From Thermoproteota archaeon (lineage in GTDB: Archaea > Thermoproteota > EX4484-205 > JAAOZP01): a DNA stretch of 64,000 nt. Below are positions 35,598-44,333 of this stretch, piece after piece. Every line of letters starts with the position of its first letter. The first letter of the stretch is position 1. Location: assembly GCA_038861395.1 (NCBI GenBank), contig JAWCDE010000002.1, forward strand, positions 34,437-98,436. Direction: 5' to 3'. The notes under the pieces were generated by a model. It was not told where the DNA came from, searched no databases, and worked only from the letters and a program-made list of their open reading frames with translations. A program made the position numbers and the translations under genes.

Positions 35598-36507
35598 ACA
35601 TGAAGTCTTCAGCAACCTGAACGTTGTCGAAGAATTTCCTAGCCTGCTCCAATAGGGCTGAGGCATCGCCGTACCTAGAGCTTATGTGAGTCAACAAGAG
35701 TTTTTTAACACCCGCCTTGGCAGCAAGTTTAGCAGCCTCCACGCATGTTGAGTGTTGCAACTCGTCTGCTTCACTACCCATTGTCTCGTCGAAAGTAGCT
35801 TCGTGGATCAAAATATCAGCATCACGACAGAATTCTTCAAAGCCGGGAGTACTCCCCATATCACCCGTGTAAACTATCTTAACCCCGGGCCTAGGAGGAC
35901 CAACAACTTCCTCGGGCTTAATGATCCTACCGTTTTCAAGCCTAACAGGCTCTCCCCTGATAAGCATACTTCTCAAAGGCCCCGGTTTAATACCAAGTTC
36001 CTCAGCCTTCTCCGCGTTGAATTTTCCAGGCCTATCGTCTTCTTTAAAGCAATACGCGTAGGATTCTACTGAATGCTTCACACGGTATGAATAAACCTTA
36101 TAATTCCTACCTGATGCGACAATACTACTCCCCTCAAACTCCTGAATCTCAAGTGGGAAAGAAGGCTTGTAGAATATCATTGGCAAGCAGGATTCTATAA
36201 ATTGTTTAAGCCCTCTTGGGCTGAAGATTTTAAGAGGAGTTCTCCTGTTTTGAAGAGTCATCGTCATCAACATCCCGGGAAGCCCTAGAACGTGGTCTCC
36301 ATGCATGTGAGTTATGAATATGTTTGAAACCTTCTCCATGCTTAGGCCAGCCGTCATTAATTGTCTCTGAGCTCCTTCCCCGCAGTCGAACAATAGTATC
36401 TCGCCTCTCCACCACAGGGCTATGCAGGGATGGCTTCTACTGACCGTAGGGACTGCTGCGGACGTGCCCAACATGAAAAGCCTTCCGAAAGGCTGTTTTT
36501 TCACCAA
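35581..36507 (-). CDS. rnz: ribonuclease Z (tRNA 3' endonuclease)
   Basis: MBL motif ITHMHGDHVLGLPG with an exosite-containing layout. 308 aa. Confidence 0.88.
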   Translation of the reverse strand: MVKKQPFGRLFMLGTSAAVPTVSRSHPCIALWWRGEILLFDCGEGAQRQLMTAGLSMEKVSNIFITHMHGDHVLGLPGMLMTMTLQNRRTPLKIFSPRGLKQFIESCLPMIFYKPSFPLEIQEFEGSSIVASGRNYKVYSYRVKHSVESYAYCFKEDDRPGKFNAEKAEELGIKPGPLRSMLIRGEPVRLENGRIIKPEEVVGPPRPGVKIVYTGDMGSTPGFEEFCRDADILIHEATFDETMGSEADELQHSTCVEAAKLAAKAGVKKLLLTHISSRYGDASALLEQARKFFDNVQVAEDFMSIEIF

Positions 36508-37526
36508 TTCCTCGCCACCAGTAGTTTCCTAGTAAGACTTGCATGAACCTCTATAAAATATGTTTCCATAATCCTGAGGCCGTTTGATTCCATAAAGCTC
36601 TCCACAGGCATTCCGCTGGGAGCGAGGAAGACAATCCAACCGTTTTTACGAAGCACTCTAGAAGCACTTTTTATGAAACCTTCATAAACCTTCAGAGACT
36701 CTGAGCCGTGCGTCGAAGCCCTCCTCCCATAAGGCGGATCCGTAACAATAGCATCGACATTTCTGAAAGGCATGTATCTCGCATCCCCAAGTACTTGGCA
36801 GACACTAAAGGCTTTGAACCATTTATAGTTTTTGAGCGAAGGATACGCCATCGCAGGGTCGATCTCTAACCCAACTGGTATTGTTTGAAGCTCATGCGCC
36901 TCAACCAGTATCGTCCCAGTGCCCGAGAATGGATCTAACACTATACTTCCCTTTTTAACCCTTGCAAGATTAAGCATTGCCCTAGCAAGCTCCACTTTTA
37001 AGCTAGAGGGGTGGAAGAAAGGCTTAGTACCGCCGCTTCTCGAAAGAACTCTGCGTCTGTCACTTGAGCAAACCTTCCTGCCAACTATGAGAAAATCTTC
37101 TGAAGCGACTACTTCAAAAATACTATTAGGGTTTTCCAAATCTACCATTAGCCCAGCGCTCTTAGCATTACTGTTCAGTTCTTTTTCGAGAACGTTAGCT
37201 TCCTCTGGAGAAATACTTCCCCGGACTCTTCTCACCCTAAAAGCAATGCTTCCACGACTGGTTCTTGAAACTGAGCGGATTATCTCATTGCCAGAAACAT
37301 CCTTCTCCAACACGCAAATCTCTTCACATAGAAAATGCGAGAAAACAAGCCTCCTAAATGCTCTTGAAGCGAGCTCTAACGGTGCCTCAAACCTATATAC
37401 TTGGGTGAAGGATTTAAGAATATTCCTGGGAACACCTTCTGCTTCAAAGGCTCCCTCGAGCTCAGCGTAGGGGAGCTTCTCATGCTCCCCGGAGACGAGT
37501 GCGAAAAGCCTCGTCCATTCTTGCAC
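36501..37526 (-). CDS. tRNA (guanine10-N2)-methyltransferase, THUMP domain (Trm-G10/Trm11-like)
   Basis: N-terminal THUMP-like region plus a SAM MTase with LDPFSGTGT and VTDPPYG. Confidence 0.75.
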   Translation of the reverse strand: MQEWTRLFALVSGEHEKLPYAELEGAFEAEGVPRNILKSFTQVYRFEAPLELASRAFRRLVFSHFLCEEICVLEKDVSGNEIIRSVSRTSRGSIAFRVRRVRGSISPEEANVLEKELNSNAKSAGLMVDLENPNSIFEVVASEDFLIVGRKVCSSDRRRVLSRSGGTKPFFHPSSLKVELARAMLNLARVKKGSIVLDPFSGTGTILVEAHELQTIPVGLEIDPAMAYPSLKNYKWFKAFSVCQVLGDARYMPFRNVDAIVTDPPYGRRASTHGSESLKVYEGFIKSASRVLRKNGWIVFLAPSGMPVESFMESNGLRIMETYFIEVHASLTRKLLVARNW

Positions 37527-37531
37527 GCCGC

Positions 37532-38413
37532 TCAGAGCCAGTTCTTCTCCCTGAGTGCCCTAACTATTTCCTCGGCCACTGAAATATTAGAGTACTGGTT
37601 TTCAATAGTGTCGGATGATATAATGATTGAAGCCCCTGCATTCTTTATTTTATCGTACGCGTTACCGACGAACAGGCCGTGGACGCATGCAACAGATACC
37701 TGTGACGCACCCTTCGCTTTCAAAAGCTTCATCGCCTCAACGATGGTCCCGCCTGTGCTTATTATGTCGTCTATCAGAATAGCTTTCCCGCCAGCAGGAT
37801 TAAGCTCGCCCTCGGTGGAAGAGATTCCACCCGTCTCCTTATCCCTGAACTTCTCAACCCAGCCGAAACCCCCTTTAATCATCTCGGCAAGCCTCCGGGC
37901 TCTTGCAGCAGCATTCTTATCAGGTGCAACCACATAAGCATTCTCAAACCCATTCTCAAGATAGAATTTCGCGAAGGAACGGGTCACGTCTATCACAATC
38001 CTGTTCTTAAACCCTTGGATAGCTGACTCGCTGTGCGGCTCGACTAATGCAACACGGTCAGCACCAGCAGCCTCTATCATCTTAGCAACCAAGTGTGCGG
38101 AAGCAGCTTCACCGGGTAGGAAAACCTTGTCCTGACGGGCGTACGCCATATAAGGGATAACGACTGAAGCAACTCTACCACCATTAGCTTTGAAAGCAGA
38201 TATTAACTGCAGCAATATTATTAGGTTCCTATCCTGTGGAGGAGATAGGGACTGGATTATTAACGCATCCACATCCTTAACGTCACCAAGCAGCCTAACG
38301 TAAACCTCGCCGTCTGGAAACTCCTTAGTATAAACGTTAATCTTCTCCAAGCCCAAAAGTGAACAGATTCTTTCTCCCAGACCCATACTGGCGGGACCGA
38401 TTATTACTTTCAA
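37532..38413 (-). CDS. prs: ribose-phosphate pyrophosphokinase
   Basis: FPDGEVYVRL, ARQDKVF and PRPP loop ILIDDIISTGGT. Confidence 0.9.
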   Translation of the reverse strand: MKVIIGPASMGLGERICSLLGLEKINVYTKEFPDGEVYVRLLGDVKDVDALIIQSLSPPQDRNLIILLQLISAFKANGGRVASVVIPYMAYARQDKVFLPGEAASAHLVAKMIEAAGADRVALVEPHSESAIQGFKNRIVIDVTRSFAKFYLENGFENAYVVAPDKNAAARARRLAEMIKGGFGWVEKFRDKETGGISSTEGELNPAGGKAILIDDIISTGGTIVEAMKLLKAKGASQVSVACVHGLFVGNAYDKIKNAGASIIISSDTIENQYSNISVAEEIVRALREKNWL

Positions 38414-39042
38414 GATGCACAGGAAATTAAACAGGGCTTTTTAAACTCTTCCTATCAGTATTCGTAAAGTAAAAGCTTATCAAAAATCAGAAAAAACGGT
38501 TTCTAGAGCATTATCGTTAATGGCTTGTGTTTAAGCTGTAATAAGTTTATGATGCAGAAGGTATGCAGTTATGTGACAATTAAGAATTTACCCCAAACTG
38601 AATCAACAGATTAAAACCAAGTGCAACTGTAATTTTAACCCTATCAATATTTTCTGTTTACAGTTATTGGAAGATTAGACTTAGTAGAAGAAAAAGATTT
38701 TGGCGACTTATAAGAAAAAATCCGCTGCGTATGAGAAGGCTTAACATATTGCACTAAATCGATTTGAAGATAATTCAAAGTTGCATAATATTTAAAAACA
38801 GTTATAAAAATTAGATACCTTAAGTTAATGATAACATTTAAGGCACAGTGTTTTAACTTCTAATTGAAAACAATGGTAGCGGTTTATATTTCTATTAGAA
38901 AAATGTCGCAATTAGACATTTCTCCATAATGGAGACTATTTAAATATTACTTTTCAAAAACAATTTTAAAAATTGTTCCAGAATACTAGAACGCAATATA
39001 TATAGTGCTCTTAGTAGCGGAAGACGGAGGTGGTAGGAAGAG

Positions 39043-39492
39043 TTGAGACTAGGAAAAATAACCAGTCTAATGACAGTAATAACATGCGTACTCGTTACAG
39101 TAGCAATCGCCACCGTATATGTTTATGCTGCAAGTTATGCCTGGGTTTATGTTAGGGATTACGTTCCTCCACCACTAACCGGAGCATATCCATACGCAGG
39201 CTTGCGTGTAGTGCGACCTTCAGATGGGAAAACTTTCTTTTCTGGCGGTTCTTGTACTGGTACAGACCCAATATTAAAACACCCGTATTACCCGGGAGTA
39301 GGACAGTTCATTACCTATTCATGGACCCCAAGCTTTACGAAAGTAGAATATCGGGTTACAATTTACAAAGTAGAGGGATACTCATGTACTCCCGTTTGCA
39401 TCCTACGTCCATGCGGTTGGATGTGGCCTGATGGAAGATATGGCGGTTCTTATGCGTATTCAGGCTATGTAGAGGGAGGGTACGTTAAATAA
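39043..39492 (+). CDS. small exported/membrane-anchored Tyr/Gly/Pro/Trp/Cys-rich protein
   Basis: TTG start 10 nt after the SD-like GGAGGTGG (39026..39033). N-terminal hydrophobic helix ITSLMTVITCVLVTVAIATVYVYA. The mature part has 5 Cys and many Y/G/P/W. No homolog recognised. Confidence 0.55.
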   Translation: MRLGKITSLMTVITCVLVTVAIATVYVYAASYAWVYVRDYVPPPLTGAYPYAGLRVVRPSDGKTFFSGGSCTGTDPILKHPYYPGVGQFITYSWTPSFTKVEYRVTIYKVEGYSCTPVCILRPCGWMWPDGRYGGSYAYSGYVEGGYVK

Positions 39493-40701
39493 TTGAAATA
39501 TGCTCTAAAAAAGTTTTACTCTTTTTTAACTCTTTTCATCTTTTCCTCTTTAATTATTAAACCTACTTATGCGTCACCCCCATGGTTGACCGTAGGGTTT
39601 TATGCAAAGTATAGCCTAAGGCTTGCCGATTTCCAGCCCATAATAAGCCTTGAGGACCCTCATAATCCGGAATTTAGCTATTTTGGCATGTTTGGAAACG
39701 GATCCTTTCTTTGGAAGGTTGAAAAGATTGAAAACAATGTTGCCCTGATAAAGGTGAATTTCAGCATAGTAGGATTTGATTTCAGCGAAGGCCCGATGGA
39801 GAGAAAGGTGGAGCTCTCGCGCTCGTTTCATATCTTGGTTGACGTAAACAGCAGGTTCATATTGAACACGAGTAGCACTGACCCACTCTACTTTCCTTAT
39901 TGGATTCCCATTGGAACTAAAGAAGGGGAAGAACTTTTCATAGGGCATCAAGAGCTTGAAAATACTTGGCTCGTCGGAAAGTTTTACCGTTGCGGTATGG
40001 ATATAGATACTGGTCTAAAAAGGTTTCATGGAAACGATATTTTATTTTTCACCACATATAATATGACTAGGGTTTACATGGGGTATCTCCCGTTTTTTGA
40101 CGGGTTCTATGATAGAGAATCCGGGATACTTATCGCACTCCTTGGCACTGAGCAACTATCCTTAAAGTTCCTTAATATTTGGATAAGTGATTCTATGAAG
40201 AAAATGGTGTTAGATGAAATTGGGGTAGAGCCAGTTAGTAGTATTGCTTATAACAATTCCTCTATTAACCAGATGGTAACACCGAGCATTTCGATTGTAG
40301 GCATTGTAGTGCCGCCGGAAGTCGATGTTGGAAAAGAATTTGAATTAAGCTTGATACTCTTCAACAATGGCACTGTAAGCACAGGGGATTTGAGGGTTTT
40401 ATTATCGCCATTGGATGGAAGCTTTAAAACGCTATCTGATAGGGAAGTTTTAGTGAAAAGCATTAACCCTTTAGGAAATATAGAGGTAAAGTGGAGGCTT
40501 AAACTTCAATCTGAGGGCGGGTGTCGTTTAAGATTAATCATCCTAAAGGACAATATCACGCTCTTGCAGAAAGAGCTTGTAATTAAAGGCAGGCATCCTC
40601 AGTTCGGAGGAGTTGAGTTGTTCGCAACAGTTCTAATTATTCTTATACTCGTCCTAGCACTATTAGTAGCCCTGTTAAAGAGGAGAAAAAGAAATGTTTA
40701 A
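39493..40701 (+). CDS. exported protein with C-terminal membrane anchor and CARDB/NEW3-like beta domain
   Basis: Signal-like N-terminus FLTLFIFSSLIIKPTYA. VPPEVDVGKEFELSLILFNNGTVSTGDLRV resembles CARDB-type domains. C-terminal TM LFATVLIILILVLALLVALL plus KRRKRN. Confidence 0.6.
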   Translation: MKYALKKFYSFLTLFIFSSLIIKPTYASPPWLTVGFYAKYSLRLADFQPIISLEDPHNPEFSYFGMFGNGSFLWKVEKIENNVALIKVNFSIVGFDFSEGPMERKVELSRSFHILVDVNSRFILNTSSTDPLYFPYWIPIGTKEGEELFIGHQELENTWLVGKFYRCGMDIDTGLKRFHGNDILFFTTYNMTRVYMGYLPFFDGFYDRESGILIALLGTEQLSLKFLNIWISDSMKKMVLDEIGVEPVSSIAYNNSSINQMVTPSISIVGIVVPPEVDVGKEFELSLILFNNGTVSTGDLRVLLSPLDGSFKTLSDREVLVKSINPLGNIEVKWRLKLQSEGGCRLRLIILKDNITLLQKELVIKGRHPQFGGVELFATVLIILILVLALLVALLKRRKRNV

Positions 40702-41494
40702 GGCCTTGTTTCTCACGCAAATCAAGAGCCTGATACGATTCCCATATTTAGAGATCATGCTTCTAATACTCGTGTTCGAAACAAGCGGGTACGGTACTAT
40801 GTGGGAAATTGCCTATATTGCAAACTTTTCTAGCAATGAAATGGAACCTTGTATAATAGAGTTTGCAAATGGAATGTTGTGTCATTATGTTAGCTGCCGG
40901 ATAAGAGTTATATACTCGATTGTTGCCTTCTTCTCATCAATCTTATCTTATTTGATAATTTCGCATTTTAGGGATATAGGTTTTCTGAAGACAGAATTTT
41001 CTCTCCCGGTTAAACGGAGCCATATATATTTCTCAAAGTTTTTAGCTTCATGCCTTACTTTGTTTACAATCACAGCGTCTTCTGTCTTTCTCTCCATAAT
41101 ACTTAACTGTTTTAATGTGTTCCGGTTTTTGAACCCGGTTTCTATATTTTTTGGAATTCTTATCGTTTTAATCGAAGCTTTTCTTATTGCTTTCTTCACT
41201 TCATCCATAGCAATTTTATTAGCTTTCATAGTGAAATGGCCGGGTTTTGCGCTTATTACCTCAGTCTCCCTGTTATACTCATTTGAATTCATATCTACGA
41301 ATTTCAGACTCATTCCGATTTTTCCAGAGGGATTGCTAATTTTTGAAGATAGAGCATTAATACTACTCAAAGAAGGTGTTTATTTAACGCTTAACCCCTA
41401 TTCATTGGAGCCCCTATTTCCCTCTTTGCTTATATCGATTCTGGCGTTTCTCTCAGGTTACTACTACGTGACTAGGAGGCTTCAGGTATCATGA
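40694..41494 (+). CDS. polytopic membrane protein, ABC-2-type permease-like
   Basis: About 6 hydrophobic helices. It overlaps neighbours in an operon that contains an ABC ATPase. Confidence 0.5.
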   Translation: MFKALFLTQIKSLIRFPYLEIMLLILVFETSGYGTMWEIAYIANFSSNEMEPCIIEFANGMLCHYVSCRIRVIYSIVAFFSSILSYLIISHFRDIGFLKTEFSLPVKRSHIYFSKFLASCLTLFTITASSVFLSIILNCFNVFRFLNPVSIFFGILIVLIEAFLIAFFTSSIAILLAFIVKWPGFALITSVSLLYSFEFISTNFRLIPIFPEGLLIFEDRALILLKEGVYLTLNPYSLEPLFPSLLISILAFLSGYYYVTRRLQVS

Positions 41495-41997
41495 AGTCTC
41501 TGGTGAGAATAGGCTCCATACTGATCGCCCTTTCTTTAGGTACTTTACTAGGACGTTTAATATTGAATGTTAATTCAACTTATCATGACATTCCTGTAGA
41601 TTTTTCAAATTCGAGATATGTTGCCTTCATTACCTATTTGCATAATAGGGAAACGGAACTTTTAATGGATTTGAAGAAAAACGCAAAAACAAATCTTATT
41701 GTTATGAATCAAGCGCAAATACAGGATTTATTAACTAATAATGAAATTTCATACTCTGCTTGCTTTAATTTAACTGGAGGTGGCATAAGTAAGGATTTTG
41801 GAAGAATCGAGCAGGGAATTTACATCTTTGCGTTTTGGTCTGAAGATGAGAATCAGGTAGTAAGATTCCAAGTGGTTCAAAAAGGGTTTGAGCTCGACTT
41901 AGTTTACTTCAACATACTACTGATATTGCTCGGGTCATTTCTGCTTTTGATTCCATTTTTCAAACGTATTATTCCGAGGAGGATATTGAATGAGTAA
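41491..41997 (+). CDS. bitopic membrane protein (N- and C-terminal TM helices)
   Basis: Hydrophobic IGSILIALSLGTLLG at the N-terminus and ILLILLGSFLLLIPFF at the C-terminus. It overlaps both flanking genes. Confidence 0.45.
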   Translation: MKSLVRIGSILIALSLGTLLGRLILNVNSTYHDIPVDFSNSRYVAFITYLHNRETELLMDLKKNAKTNLIVMNQAQIQDLLTNNEISYSACFNLTGGGISKDFGRIEQGIYIFAFWSEDENQVVRFQVVQKGFELDLVYFNILLILLGSFLLLIPFFKRIIPRRILNE

Positions 41998-42904
41998 CAT
42001 CATAAGCATAAGAAACTTGACAAAGAACTATGGGAAACTGAGAGCACTAGACAATATTTCTCTCAATATTCCTGAAGGTATAGTAGCACTAATTGGCCCC
42101 AATGGCTCGGGGAAAACCACTTTAATAAATATCATTATAGGCCTCGTTAAGCCGGATGCAGGAGAAATCACCGTATTTGGTTTTGATCCTTGGAGAAACG
42201 GCCACTTAGTAAGAAGATTAGTCAACGTGCTGCATGAAAAACCCAGTTTTCCAAAATGGTTCACAGGATTAGAATACTTACTTTACGCAGCAGACCTATA
42301 TGGTTTGTCAAATCCTAGAGATAGAATCTATGAAGTCGCCTCATGGCTAAACATTGGGAACGATTTGAACAGACGCGTAGGAGAATACTCCGCCGGGATG
42401 GTTCAGCGTTTAGGCTTAGCTCAGGTTCTGCTTAACGAGCCTAGGCTTATAATTCTCGACGAGCCTACTGCAAACCTAGATCCAGCAGGGAGAATGGAAG
42501 TGCTAAATCTAGTTAGAAGATTGAAGAAAGATAAAAAGGTGAGCTTCATTCTTTCCTCACATATTCTGCCAGAGCTGGGAAGAGTTTGCGATTTTCTGGT
42601 ATTGCTTCACTACGGCAAGCTTCTCCTAGCGTCAGATGTAGAAAACCTCTTATCTATCCAACCTTCCATCGAATATAAGATTATCAGTAATGATAATCGG
42701 CTTTTGTTCGATATAGGGACGAAGGCCGGTTTAAACATGGAGTTATGTGAAGACAGCGTAGTATTAAAAGCCGTGGACCCAGATGGTTTGATTAACATCT
42801 TGCGTCTTGCAAGCAACTCTGGTTTAACGATAAGATACGTAGAACCAGAGAAGAACATTATCGAAGCCATATACTTTTCAATTCTAAAAGGGGAAAGCGG
42901 CTGA
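41990..42904 (+). CDS. ABC transporter ATP-binding protein
   Basis: Walker A GPNGSGKTT, signature YSAGMVQRLGLAQ and Walker B LIILDEPTANLD. Confidence 0.9.
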   Translation: MSNIISIRNLTKNYGKLRALDNISLNIPEGIVALIGPNGSGKTTLINIIIGLVKPDAGEITVFGFDPWRNGHLVRRLVNVLHEKPSFPKWFTGLEYLLYAADLYGLSNPRDRIYEVASWLNIGNDLNRRVGEYSAGMVQRLGLAQVLLNEPRLIILDEPTANLDPAGRMEVLNLVRRLKKDKKVSFILSSHILPELGRVCDFLVLLHYGKLLLASDVENLLSIQPSIEYKIISNDNRLLFDIGTKAGLNMELCEDSVVLKAVDPDGLINILRLASNSGLTIRYVEPEKNIIEAIYFSILKGESG

Positions 42905-42951
42905 CGTGCTTCAGAATATATGACTACAATGAAAAAGGTGGGTGGACCTCA

Positions 42952-43173
42952 TCACCATACCAGAAGAAGTAGCCCCACTTGCCTCCGCAACCCGGCTTTC
43001 CTTCTACAGTACCATCCTGCAGGCAGCGGATTATTCCTATGCCCGTAGCTGCTTTTCCATGGATATTGTCCAATAGGCCATCCACCTAAATAAACTGTCC
43101 TACCATCCTCGAGCTTGGCCACACCGACCAAGAATCCGTTGGGTAAGAAGCAGCTATTACCGTATCCCGCCAC
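42952..43173 (-). CDS. possible small W/Y/G-rich protein (weak)
   Basis: 73-aa ORF (GTG start) convergent on the ABC operon. GGWPIGQYPWKSSYGH loosely echoes CGWMWPDGRYGGSYAY at the C-terminus of the 149-aa protein. No other support. Confidence 0.2.
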   Translation of the reverse strand: MAGYGNSCFLPNGFLVGVAKLEDGRTVYLGGWPIGQYPWKSSYGHRNNPLPAGWYCRRKAGLRRQVGLLLLVW

Positions 43174-43367
43174 ACTAACCGCCTTCTTACCTTATCATTA
43201 ATCTCCTACAGGGAACAGTTTTTCAATAATTTATTAAACCGTTAACGGGTGGAACAAAGACAGACATTATGAACGGGAAATAAAGCCTGAAAAGATATGA
43301 GAAAAAGGATTGTAACAAAATTGTAGACTGTCACAAAATTTATATAGAGCTTAGAGAGAATCAAGCC

Positions 43368-44054
43368 GTGATGAAGGAAGACGATGGGAGAAAACGATTC
43401 CTACGCTACGGTGTATTCGAAATTGTGCTCGCTGCCTTGTGTGCTGGCCTAACTATTTTCCTTACGGTTTACAAGGTCGTTTTCGCCTTCCCAATACTTC
43501 CATACCTTAAGTTTGAGCTCGCCGAGATACCGGTTGTAATGGCTTTTCTAGTTGCTGGGCCTTTCTCCGGACTACTTTCTTCAGTAATATACTGGATTAT
43601 TCTTACGATGGTTGGCGAGTGGACGCCCATAGGACCCCTTATGAAATTTCTGGCAGTTGCTTCTACGATTCTAGGCCTATGGGCAGGCTTCATTTTAAGC
43701 AAGAGGATTAAGAAGAACACTAACATCTTGCTACCGATGACTCTAAGCACTGTTCTGGCTATAGTTGCTAGGGTAGTTATTACATCGTTGATGAATTTCC
43801 TAGTGCTCTGGTGGCTTTTCCCTTTCTTTTTAAACGATGCTGCCAAATACCTTAAGGCAACTATCGGTTTTCAAGCAGATTCGCCTTACGCGGTATTGCT
43901 GATGACACTAGTATTCACGGCAGTTTTCAATATTTTACACTCCTTCTTCTCCATAATTCCCTCCTACTATCTTGTTAAAGCCGTTGTAAGATCCACAGGT
44001 CTGAAGGGATGCTGGTTCCAGCGAATATTTTTAGAAGCCCGTAGGGGCTCCTGA
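43368..44054 (+). CDS. ECF-transporter S-component-like membrane protein
   Basis: Six hydrophobic helices. KFELAEIPVVMAFLVAGPFSG resembles the substrate-capture S-component motif (fD..eiPv.la....Gp..G). A TATA-like TTTATATA lies about 25 nt upstream. Confidence 0.5.
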   Translation: MMKEDDGRKRFLRYGVFEIVLAALCAGLTIFLTVYKVVFAFPILPYLKFELAEIPVVMAFLVAGPFSGLLSSVIYWIILTMVGEWTPIGPLMKFLAVASTILGLWAGFILSKRIKKNTNILLPMTLSTVLAIVARVVITSLMNFLVLWWLFPFFLNDAAKYLKATIGFQADSPYAVLLMTLVFTAVFNILHSFFSIIPSYYLVKAVVRSTGLKGCWFQRIFLEARRGS

Positions 44055-44087
44055 CAGCAAACCATTTAAACCAGGATTATTTGATAC

Positions 44088-44333
44088 TTGCTCATGGCTG
44101 AGCTGGATGCTTCCAAGCTTCCAGGAGACGCTCAGAAGGAGCTTAGAGAGTTCCTTGAGAAGAAGCTTTCCTCTAAGGCTGGGGGAGACGGGGGGAGGAT
44201 CGTCTTCGAAAACGTTTCGAACACTAGGCTTAGGAAGGCCGTCAGATGGTTTCTCTGCAGGAAGGAACTGAGCAGCGAGTATAGAGTCTTATCGGACAAG
44301 AAGAAACTGACTGTAAGAAAGAGAAAGAGCTAG
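44088..44333 (+). CDS. small basic protein with resemblance to eukaryotic ribosomal protein L22e
   Basis: 81 aa. ELDASKLPGD...LREFLEKKLSSKAGGDGGRIV...SNTRLRKAVRWFLCRKELSSEYRVL parallels human eL22 (from memory): [11 protein letters not shown]...[23 protein letters not shown]...[25 protein letters not shown]. Unverified. Confidence 0.4.
   Translation: MLMAELDASKLPGDAQKELREFLEKKLSSKAGGDGGRIVFENVSNTRLRKAVRWFLCRKELSSEYRVLSDKKKLTVRKRKS

Noticed and set aside
36919-37937. Plus-strand ORFs of 183 and 178 aa opposite Trm-G10 and prs.
   Set aside because: They are antisense to genes with diagnostic motifs (DPPYG, PRPP loop) and have Ser/Leu/Pro-rich composition with no motifs.
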